From Candidatus Lloydbacteria bacterium (GTDB lineage Bacteria > Patescibacteriota > Minisyncoccia > Phycocordibacterales > 21-14-all-47-15), in the NCBI GenBank assembly GCA_016214545.1, contig JACROH010000001.1, positions 32,149 through 96,148 on the forward strand: 64,000 nucleotides of DNA. The letters are read 5' to 3'. The notes under the pieces were generated by a model. That model saw only the letters and a program-made list of their open reading frames with translations. It was not told the DNA's origin and ran no database searches. Below, piece by piece: positions 8,637 to 16,593 of this stretch. Position numbers and translations under genes: made by a program. The stretch's first letter is position 1, and each line of letters opens with the position of its first letter.

Positions 8637-10823
8637 TTATTCAAAATGCACCGTGGTCTCTATTTTTTCGGTGGCTTCTTTGAGGAGGGGGTAGTTTGCA
8701 AGCGACGAGTCTTTTTCGATAAGAGTATTTGCTTCAATGCGCGCAGCCTCTACCATTTTTATATTTTTTATCGCTTCCATTCCGATATCTGAAATGCCCC
8801 ACTGTTTTCCGCCGCCCAATTCTCCCGCGCCGCGGAGTGCCAAATCAAGTTCGGAAAGCTCAAAGCCGTTTTTCGCGGTAACGAGCGCGCGCAAGCGTTT
8901 CCCCGTGGCGTCATTTTGTGAGTCGGTGAAAAGGTAGCAGTATGCTTGGTGAGAGCTTCGAAGCACCCGTCCGCGCAATTGGTGAAGCTGGGAAAGTCCG
9001 AACCGCTCCGCGCCTTCTATGAGAATAATGGTCGCGTTTGGTACGTTAACACCCACCTCAACGACCGAGGTTGCGACAAGAATATCGATAGCCCCCTCGG
9101 AAAATTTTTTCATAACGGTGTCTTTTTCTTTTGGCGTCATTTTACCGTGGAGCATGCCGATTTCATATTCCGGAAATATGTTTTTTTTCAGGCGCGCGGC
9201 TTCTTCTTTGACCGATTTTGCATAGAGGGGACGCGCCTTTTCCGGATCCGGCTCGTTGATGCGCGGGCAGATGACATAACACTGGCGCCCCTGCGCGATT
9301 TCGGCGCGGATTTTTTCGTACGTATTTTTACGTTCGCGCGGAGAGATTATATCCGTCTCTATTTTTTTTCGCCCCGCGGGCATTTGGTCAAGAAGTGTTA
9401 AATCAAGGTCTCCATAGATAGTGAGCGCCAGTGTCCGGGGAATCGGCGTTGCCGTCATCGAGAGCAGGTGAGGAGATACGTTTCCCGCGCTCTTTTTTTG
9501 CGCGAGTTTGAATCGCTGGCGTGTGCCGAAGCGGTGCTGTTCGTCTATGACAACGAGCGCCAAATTTTTAAATTGCACCGCTTTTTCTATGAGTGAGTGC
9601 GTGCCGATAAGAATCGGGATTTCGCCGTTTGTCACCCACTTGAGAAGCTGCGTCCGCGATATCTCGGTGGCTTCATCCGGATGCACTTTGGACGGGAATT
9701 TTTTACAGCCGCTTCCGGTGATGAGTCCGATGTTGATAGGCAGGTGCTTAAAATATTGTATGAATGATTCAAAGTGTTGTTTGGCGAGGATTTCGGTGGG
9801 TGCCATATAGGCGACTTCGAGCCGTGCGGAGGGAGCATTTTTGGGCGATGCCGTTACTGCCGCATATGCCGCCGTCGCGGCAACCGCGGTCTTGCCCGAG
9901 CCGACATCTCCTTCAAGCAGGCGCGCCATCGGGCTTCCTTTAGCAATATCGGACAACACATGATCAATCGCTTTTTTTTGCGCGCCGGTGGGTTCAAACG
10001 GGAAACGGCTCACAAATTCCGCGATACCTTTTTTATTTGTTGGAATGACGAATGACGGCTCGCGTTCATATGCTTTGCGTGCGGACAGTCGTGCCAGCTG
10101 TATAAAAAATATTTCTTGAAACGCGAATCTTTTATGTGCCGATTCGGCATGCGCTTGTTTTTTGGGGGTGTGCATCCAGACAAGCGCTGTTTTTAGGGCG
10201 GGCAGATGGTATTTCAAAAGAATTTCTTTTGGAATCGGGTCGGGGAGCGCATTAAGCGTTTCGTCCGAAAGCAGTTTTTGCATCGCGTGGTAAAACCATT
10301 TTGAGGTAATGCCCCTGCTTTCCCCGTACACGGGATAATGAAACGGCAATGCGGCAGTCTCTTCTCCATGAAAGAGCGAATCGCCTGAATCTATAGGCAG
10401 GTGTGTTAATTTCTCAAACTCCGGATTTGAAAGGTAGAGGGCTCCTTTGCGCGAAGCGATGCGTCCGTGAAATTTCGCATGGTTCGTTCCCTCAAGCATT
10501 TTTGCGATGTAGGGCTGGTTGAACCATACGGCTTTGACAGAGCCGGTCTGGTCGGTGATGCGCGCTTCCGCCATGGCGATTTTGGTCCGGAATCCTTTGA
10601 TTGCTTTCAATCCGGATATTTTCCCCGTGATGGTAACCGTGTCGCCTTCCGAAAGTTTATCGATTGATTTTGTGTCGGTGATATTCCCATACCGCGAGGG
10701 GAAATAATAGAGGAGGTCTTTTACCGTCGTGAGCCCCAATTTTTTCAGTGCGCTCTTTTGCGTTGGCAGAAGACGGGGGAACACGCTTTCGATTTTTGTT
10801 TCAGGAAGGATGCCGCTTTGCAT
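8637..10823 (-). CDS. recG: ATP-dependent DNA helicase RecG
   Basis: OB wedge domain, RLLEGDVGSGKT, MAPTEILAKQH, DEQHRFG, MTATPIPRTL and QLHQLRGRV. Start chosen 6 nt after TACAAT. Confidence 0.96.
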   Translation of the reverse strand: MQSGILPETKIESVFPRLLPTQKSALKKLGLTTVKDLLYYFPSRYGNITDTKSIDKLSEGDTVTITGKISGLKAIKGFRTKIAMAEARITDQTGSVKAVWFNQPYIAKMLEGTNHAKFHGRIASRKGALYLSNPEFEKLTHLPIDSGDSLFHGEETAALPFHYPVYGESRGITSKWFYHAMQKLLSDETLNALPDPIPKEILLKYHLPALKTALVWMHTPKKQAHAESAHKRFAFQEIFFIQLARLSARKAYEREPSFVIPTNKKGIAEFVSRFPFEPTGAQKKAIDHVLSDIAKGSPMARLLEGDVGSGKTAVAATAAYAAVTASPKNAPSARLEVAYMAPTEILAKQHFESFIQYFKHLPINIGLITGSGCKKFPSKVHPDEATEISRTQLLKWVTNGEIPILIGTHSLIEKAVQFKNLALVVIDEQHRFGTRQRFKLAQKKSAGNVSPHLLSMTATPIPRTLALTIYGDLDLTLLDQMPAGRKKIETDIISPRERKNTYEKIRAEIAQGRQCYVICPRINEPDPEKARPLYAKSVKEEAARLKKNIFPEYEIGMLHGKMTPKEKDTVMKKFSEGAIDILVATSVVEVGVNVPNATIILIEGAERFGLSQLHQLRGRVLRSSHQAYCYLFTDSQNDATGKRLRALVTAKNGFELSELDLALRGAGELGGGKQWGISDIGMEAIKNIKMVEAARIEANTLIEKDSSLANYPLLKEATEKIETTVHFE

Positions 10824-10958
10824 GCGCCTATTGTAGCGCACGCGCTCTTTTTTGCGAACGATTTTTTGTGCGGTGTATTGCTTGTCTTTCAATCGGCGTT
10901 GTATATAATCGCCTTAGAACTTGATTTAAAGGCCTTTGTCAATAGAGAGGAGCTTGTT

Positions 10959-12971
10959 ATGGCTGCAAAGAAAGAAGAAGGGTGGAGATTAGTTGAAACG
11001 GAGCGGTATTTGAAGGCGATGAGCATGAACGGAGGAAATTCCATTCTTAATGGAAACGAAGCCGCCGCATTAGGAGCGCTTGTCGCCGGTTGCCGGTTTT
11101 TTGCGGGCTATCCGATTACGCCATCGTCGGGGATACTTTCCGCGATGACGAGATGCCTTCCGTCTTTGGGGGGCGCCTGGTATGCGCCGGAAGACGAGAT
11201 CGCTTCCATTGGTATGTGTATTGCCACGTCGCTCTGCGGAAGAAAAGCAATGACCGCGACAAGCGGCCCGGGATTTTCCCTTATGCAGGAAGAATTCGGC
11301 ATGGCGATTTTAAACGAAGTGCCGCTCGTGGTTATTGATGCGATGCGCGTCGGACCAAGCACCGGACAAGCGACGAAGCCGTCGGTCGCCGATATCAACT
11401 GCATGATTCATGGCAGACATGGCGATGCGGGGGATGCTGTGGTAATTCTTTCGCCGCGCTCGGTTCAAGAGTGCTTCAGCATGACGGTGGCCGCATTCAA
11501 TATTTCCGAAGAGTGGCGGACACCCGTGTTTGTGGCGCTGGACGGTTACCTAAGTCAGCTTGAAGAACGGGTGTGCATACCGGAGCAAGTGTACGTGTAT
11601 GACCGTATCGGAGACCGGGGCGAACCGCCGTTTGGCGCGAATGGAATGGTTTCCAATTTTGTGTCCGTTGGTGGAATTCGCCCGCAGGCATATACCGGGG
11701 CATTGCATGATGCGCTTGGAAGTCGAAGCAGTTATTTGCCGGAAGTTGCGGAAAGTTACATTGCCCATTTGATGGCAAAGCATCGAAGTATTATTCCGTC
11801 GATACAAAAAGATCCGCACTACTCGCTTTTTGAAAAAGAAAATAGCGCCAAAGACAGCGAATTGCTTCTGGTGAGCTATGGAGTCGCGAGTAGGGCGGGG
11901 AAAGACGCGGCAAAACAGCTGCGAAGCGAGAGAATTAAAGCTCTGCACCTAAATCTCCCGATACTCTGGCCGCTTCATGCAGATATGTTTGAAACGTACA
12001 AAAACATACCGCAGGTGGTCGTGGTGGAAAACAATACGGGGCAGCTCGTGCCCTTTATCGCACCGCATTTTTCTAAAGCAAAAATATCTTCATTTGCGAA
12101 ATGGAACGGCACGCCGATTCAAACGGGAGAGCTCGTTTGTTTTTGTCGGCAACTGTTCAGAAAAGAAGAAACGGGAGCGCTGGAAATGGGAAGCTCTGAA
12201 AACAAAAAAAACATAACGCTTGCTGAGCCGCTCTCGGAGCTCCAAGGGATATTCTCTTCGATTCTGCCGGAAGATTGGGAGGAAGCGGAGAATAAAATTG
12301 CTGTAGAAAAACCGTACCCGTTTTGTCCCGGATGCGGGCATCAAAGTTTTATTGATGTCCTGCTGCCGGTACTTGCGGAATGCGGGCTCTCGAACGAAAA
12401 TACCATTTTTGTATCCGGTATTGGCTGCGGAAGCATTGTGCCGGCGACCTTTAACGGGCATCTGGTAAAGACATCGCACGGAAGAGCGCTCAACGCGGCA
12501 CGCGCGATAAAATTGGCATATCCGGAACGTACGGTTATTGTAATTTCCGGCGATGGCGATTTGGGAACTATCGGCGGCAATCATCTGATACATACGGTTC
12601 GAGACAAGTATCGGTTTCCGATTATTTGTTTTTGTTTGGATAACGCCAACTATGGCATGACCGGCGGGCAGCCTTCGGCTACGACGCCGCAGGCCGCAAC
12701 GACCGCGCTTTCGTCTCTTGAACCGCCGCCGCCGTTTGATTTGAAGAAGCTTCTCTACGACGGATGCGGGATTGATTTTTTTGCCCGCGTGTCGGTGGCT
12801 GATCACGAGTATCTTTCTCAGGTGACAGGCAAAGCGATTGCCGCGTCACGAAAGACATTTGCCTTTGTGCAGGTATTTAGCCACTGCACGACGCATTTTG
12901 TAAAAAATAACCGAGAGCTGTTTTCCCGCGAGATGCTTGCGGGATTGCGGGGCACATGGGAGCGCGAATGA
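10959..12971 (+). CDS. 2-oxoacid:ferredoxin oxidoreductase, fused alpha+beta subunits
   Basis: Alpha motifs GNEAAA...AGYPITPSS, EDEIAS and TATSGPGFSLM. Beta motifs FCPGCGH, SGIGC, GDGD...IGGNHLIH and NYGMTGGQ in the same frame. GAGGAG SD. Confidence 0.88.
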   Translation: MAAKKEEGWRLVETERYLKAMSMNGGNSILNGNEAAALGALVAGCRFFAGYPITPSSGILSAMTRCLPSLGGAWYAPEDEIASIGMCIATSLCGRKAMTATSGPGFSLMQEEFGMAILNEVPLVVIDAMRVGPSTGQATKPSVADINCMIHGRHGDAGDAVVILSPRSVQECFSMTVAAFNISEEWRTPVFVALDGYLSQLEERVCIPEQVYVYDRIGDRGEPPFGANGMVSNFVSVGGIRPQAYTGALHDALGSRSSYLPEVAESYIAHLMAKHRSIIPSIQKDPHYSLFEKENSAKDSELLLVSYGVASRAGKDAAKQLRSERIKALHLNLPILWPLHADMFETYKNIPQVVVVENNTGQLVPFIAPHFSKAKISSFAKWNGTPIQTGELVCFCRQLFRKEETGALEMGSSENKKNITLAEPLSELQGIFSSILPEDWEEAENKIAVEKPYPFCPGCGHQSFIDVLLPVLAECGLSNENTIFVSGIGCGSIVPATFNGHLVKTSHGRALNAARAIKLAYPERTVIVISGDGDLGTIGGNHLIHTVRDKYRFPIICFCLDNANYGMTGGQPSATTPQAATTALSSLEPPPPFDLKKLLYDGCGIDFFARVSVADHEYLSQVTGKAIAASRKTFAFVQVFSHCTTHFVKNNRELFSREMLAGLRGTWERE

Positions 12972-12972
12972 T

Positions 12973-13437
12973 ATGGAACTCTCCATTATGCTTTTGGGCA
13001 AAGGCGGTTTCGGGGTTCATTCATTCGGGCGGGTTATTCGAACCGCGATTATGAAAGAGAATCCTTCCGTGAGTGTTGCGCTTGCATCCGATTACGACAC
13101 GGTCGTGAGAGGAGGCATATCAAATTGTCATTTGATTGTTTCCGACGAACCGTGCAATCCGGTGGTGGAAGGGAAGCCCGATGTGATTATTCACTATACG
13201 GCTTCTTGGGCCGCCGTTCGGACGCGCGATGAAGTGTGCTACCTTTCAATCCCGGGCGAGGTGACTCGGCATATTTCGGAAAACGTGCGGGGGTACGTGC
13301 TGCTCGGCATGCTCGTGGCGCGCGGATACCTACCGCTCTCAAAAGAAGCGGTGTTGGCGGCGATTGAAGAAGATTGTAAGGCGATTCCGATTCAATCAAA
13401 AAATCGGAACGCCTTTGAAAAAGGTTTCTGTTTGTGA
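12973..13437 (+). CDS. 2-oxoacid:ferredoxin oxidoreductase gamma subunit (divergent)
   Basis: G.GG.GV, Y...VRGG.S, LLGML and N..AF.KG motifs. Follows directly after the alpha-beta gene. Confidence 0.8.
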   Translation: MELSIMLLGKGGFGVHSFGRVIRTAIMKENPSVSVALASDYDTVVRGGISNCHLIVSDEPCNPVVEGKPDVIIHYTASWAAVRTRDEVCYLSIPGEVTRHISENVRGYVLLGMLVARGYLPLSKEAVLAAIEEDCKAIPIQSKNRNAFEKGFCL

Positions 13438-13441
13438 AGAA

Positions 13442-13478
13442 AAAGGGGCAATTAAAAATTGCCCCTTTCATTTTTTTG
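13442..13478 (+). terminator. intrinsic terminator
   Basis: AAAGGGGCAAT...ATTGCCCCTTT followed by a T-run. Confidence 0.7.
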
Positions 13479-13569
13479 AATACGAAACGGAAAAAGTTGG
13501 TTTTTTGGCAAAAATTGGATACTATGTGATTACTCAAGTTTTGAGATTTGAAAATACATAATAACATTT

Positions 13570-13660
13570 GGAGAGGTGGCTGAGCGGCTGAAAGCGGCGG
13601 ATTGCTAATCCGCTATGGGGCCTTAAAACCTCATCGAGGGTTCGAATCCCTCCCTCTCCG
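13570..13660 (+). tRNA. tRNA-Ser (GCU)
   Basis: GGAGAGG acceptor stem, GCGGA-TT GCT AA-TCCGC anticodon arm, long variable arm and GGTTCGAATCCC. Confidence 0.95.
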
Positions 13661-13948
13661 TAACGACAAATTTTGATAGCGTTTTCATAGCTATCAAAAT
13701 TTGGCGTCTATCGACGCGAGGAGGGATTAGAAAGGCGGAGGCGGGGGAAAGTTTGCAAAACTTTTCTTTCCGCCGAGCCAGGGATGAAAAATAAACTGCT
13801 TTATTTTTCATCCAGTTCGCGAAGCGAAATTGCCACTATTGAGTGAAACGAAATAGGCAATAGGAGGAACGTGAGCGGTATATTTTTAACGAAGCGAAGC
13901 GTAGTATAAAAATAACCGACTCCTGACCGAATCCCTCCCTCTCCGTAA
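13661..13948 (+). repeat. tDNA-tail structured element (copy at tRNA-Ser)
   Basis: 21-bp direct repeat, 13643-13663 = 13928-13948. Antisense copy GAGGAGGGATTAGAA at 13718-13732. Several hairpins lie between them. Confidence 0.8.
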
Positions 13949-14034
13949 AAATTGGAAATCGGAATCAGAACCCGAAAGGTGGACAGAACCCCGCGCCGAA
14001 GACGCGGGGTTCTGCAATGTGCTAAAATTATCTC

Positions 14035-14190
14035 ATGAAACTTCCGCCATTCACCAACCTCGCCGTATTCATCATCTTTTTCGGCATCGCGCTTATTGAA
14101 GCGATACAAAAACATAATTGGCTTGAAGCCGGGCTCTTTTTTGCCCTCGGAATCATTTCTCTTTGGGCGGATACTAAAAAACCTAACTGA
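14035..14190 (+). CDS. small two-TM membrane protein (51 aa)
   Basis: MKLPPFTNLAVFIIFFGIALIEAIQKHNWLEAGLFFALGIISLWADTKKPN. TGCTAAAAT lies 6 nt before the ATG. Confidence 0.65.
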   Translation: MKLPPFTNLAVFIIFFGIALIEAIQKHNWLEAGLFFALGIISLWADTKKPN

Positions 14191-14205
14191 TGTATACTAT
14201 CTATA

Positions 14206-14979
14206 ATGAAATCGAAAGACGCCGCAGATATCATTATATTTGATCTCGACAAAACGCTTTCGGAAAGCAAGGTGCCGCTTGACCCCGACATGTCGGCGCT
14301 TCTATGTGCGCTTCTTCGCGTGAAAAAAGTCGCCGTGATATCGGGCGCTGCTTTTAAACAATTTGAAGCGCAGTTTTTGAGGCACCTCACGTGTCCGCCC
14401 GAAATTCTTAAAAATCTTTTCTTGCTGCCGACGAACGGGGCGAGTTTGTATGAATACAAAGACGGTTGGACTCGTCTCTATCATTTTGCGTTTACCGATA
14501 AAGAAAAGAAAAAAATTTTCGATGCGTTTGAAAAGGCATTTGAAAAAACAAATTTCCAAAAACCGGAAAAAACATACGGCACGCTCATTGAAGATCGCGA
14601 TACCCAGATAACTTTTTCAGGGTTGGGAAGCGATGCGCCGCTGTCGCTCAAAGAACCGTGGGATCCGGATCATGCAAAACGAAAAGCGCTTGCAGCGGCG
14701 CTCGCGGAGGAACTGCCCGATTTTTCCATAAGCATCGGAGGAGCGACCTCTATTGATGTGACCCGAAAAGGAGTCGATAAGGCCTATGGCATTGCCGAAC
14801 TCATGAGTCGTTTTGGGTATGAGCCGAAACGGGTATTTTATGTGGGAGATGCGCTTTTCCCCGGCGGCAATGATGCCTCGGTCATTTCGCTCGGTGTGAA
14901 ATATCAATCGGTTGAAAAGGGCGGAGTTGGCGAAACTAAGCATATTATTCGCGAAATTCTTTCAAAAAAGATTTCGTAA
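14206..14979 (+). CDS. HAD-IIB phosphomannomutase-like enzyme
   Basis: DLDKTL, ISG, IEDR.TQITFS.LG, GG.TSIDV...G.DKAY and GDALFPGGND (eukaryote-type PMM family). Confidence 0.85.
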   Translation: MKSKDAADIIIFDLDKTLSESKVPLDPDMSALLCALLRVKKVAVISGAAFKQFEAQFLRHLTCPPEILKNLFLLPTNGASLYEYKDGWTRLYHFAFTDKEKKKIFDAFEKAFEKTNFQKPEKTYGTLIEDRDTQITFSGLGSDAPLSLKEPWDPDHAKRKALAAALAEELPDFSISIGGATSIDVTRKGVDKAYGIAELMSRFGYEPKRVFYVGDALFPGGNDASVISLGVKYQSVEKGGVGETKHIIREILSKKIS

Positions 14980-15008
14980 TTCACGCCGCATAATGATACA
15001 ATCAGACT

Positions 15009-15356
15009 ATGTTTCGAGAACCCTTTACCGAAAAACGTCCTTGGGGAGAATTTCGCCAGTACACGAGCGGTGCGCCCGTAACGGTGAAAACCGTCTTTGT
15101 AAAAAAAGGAGAGCGGCTGAGCCTGCAGTACCATGAAAGACGCGCCGAGTTTTGGAAAATTCTTTCCGGCAGTCCCGAGGTGGCTATCGGCGACAGCGTT
15201 GTTCGGGCAAAAGCGGGCGATGAGTTTTTTGTGCCCAAAAAAACAAATCATCGAATTACCGCTCCCGATGAAGATGCGCTACTTCTCGAAATAGCGTACG
15301 GCGATTTCGATGAAAAAGACATCGTTCGTTTGGAAGATACCTATGGCCGCGTCTAA
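15009..15356 (+). CDS. mannose-6-phosphate isomerase type II cupin domain protein
   Basis: RPWG, RLSLQYH..RAEFW, HRI and DIVRLED.YGR motifs. Confidence 0.88.
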   Translation: MFREPFTEKRPWGEFRQYTSGAPVTVKTVFVKKGERLSLQYHERRAEFWKILSGSPEVAIGDSVVRAKAGDEFFVPKKTNHRITAPDEDALLLEIAYGDFDEKDIVRLEDTYGRV

Positions 15357-16557
15357 AAGAAAAACAAAAAAAACACGAGCAAAAAAAGCGGCTCCGCGCC
15401 GGAAACAAAAAACGGTTCACAAGCGCGCGGTGCGTCCTCTTGCCAAAAAAGCGCTAAAAAAGCCGGCCAAGAAAAAAAGAAGCGGCGTTCGCAAGAACGG
15501 AGTCTCCAAGAAAAAAAATGGAGCCCGCCAGAAAAAGAGAAAATCCGCGCCTTCGGCGCTTGCGCGCTTTGAAGCAAATCCGATTATCAAACCGTCTCCG
15601 CAGGTGCCATGGGAATCAAAAGCGACGTTCAATCCGAGCGCCATCTATGCGGGCGGCAAAGTGCATCTTGTGTATCGGGCGATTGGAGACAACGACGTGT
15701 CGGTGTTTGGATACGCAACAAGCGCCAATGGCTTGACGATAGACACGCAAAGCAAATTTCCCGCTTATGTGCAGGGGGTTTCAATACCAAGGAGACAGCA
15801 GGCGTCGGCGCCGATTATCTATGGGTCCGGCGGGGGGTGGAACGGCGGAAGCGAAGACCCGCGCCTGACGCTTATCGACGGCAGGGTGTTTATGATTTAT
15901 ACGTCGTTTGACGGGTGGGGTTCGGTGAGGATTGCGCTGACGTCAATTTCTTTTGATGATTTCGTACGAGAGCGTTGGAATTGGAAAAAACCGGTCTTCA
16001 TTTCCCCTCCCGGAGAAATACATAAAAACTGGGTACTTTTTCCGGAAAAGATAAAAGGGAAGTATGCCATTTTGCACGGCATTTCACCTGAGATACTTGT
16101 TGATTATGTTGACGATATCGACTCGTTTGATGGAACAAAATTTATTCACAGCAAACATCCCACGGGCGGCGGATACAAAGATGCGTGGGACAGCGCGCTT
16201 CGTGGTGTCGGTCCGGCTCCGATTAAAACCGCCTATGGATGGCTCGTGCTCTATCACGCGATGGACATCAAAGACCCGAATCGCTACAAGCTTGGAGCTA
16301 TGCTCCTTGATTTACGTGAGCCGACAAAAGTACTCGTTCGTTCGCGGTATCCGGTTCTTGAACCGGACGAGTGGTATGAAAATGAAGGATTTAAAGCCGG
16401 AGTCGTGTATGCTTGCGGCGCGATAGTGAAAGACGGATGGCTTTTTGTATACTATGGAGGAGCCGACAAGGTCGTGTGCGTGGCGGCTGCGGAGCTCGAG
16501 CCGTTTTTAAAAACATTACTCGCCTCGGGCTCTACAAAACTTACGCGTAAAAAATAA
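15343..16557 (+). CDS. GH130 glycoside phosphorylase/hydrolase with K/R-rich N-terminal tail
   Basis: NPII.P, FNP.A, LVYRA, GSEDPR, KNWVLFPEKI and YYGGAD motifs. The first ~70 aa are highly basic. Confidence 0.88.
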   Translation: MAASKRKTKKTRAKKAAPRRKQKTVHKRAVRPLAKKALKKPAKKKRSGVRKNGVSKKKNGARQKKRKSAPSALARFEANPIIKPSPQVPWESKATFNPSAIYAGGKVHLVYRAIGDNDVSVFGYATSANGLTIDTQSKFPAYVQGVSIPRRQQASAPIIYGSGGGWNGGSEDPRLTLIDGRVFMIYTSFDGWGSVRIALTSISFDDFVRERWNWKKPVFISPPGEIHKNWVLFPEKIKGKYAILHGISPEILVDYVDDIDSFDGTKFIHSKHPTGGGYKDAWDSALRGVGPAPIKTAYGWLVLYHAMDIKDPNRYKLGAMLLDLREPTKVLVRSRYPVLEPDEWYENEGFKAGVVYACGAIVKDGWLFVYYGGADKVVCVAAAELEPFLKTLLASGSTKLTRKK

Positions 16558-16593
16558 AGCCTTTCCTATTTTTAAGATATATTCACAACATTC

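Noticed and set aside
10758..10958. N-terminal extensions that make recG and the oxidoreductase overlap
   Set aside because: Better starts exist: 10823 on minus after a -10 box, and 10959 on plus after an SD. These remove the overlap.
13643..13948. attL/attR of an integrated prophage or genomic island at tRNA-Ser (and tRNA-Ile)
   Set aside because: The repeats enclose under 300 bp with no integrase or cargo. Reported instead as a non-coding element.
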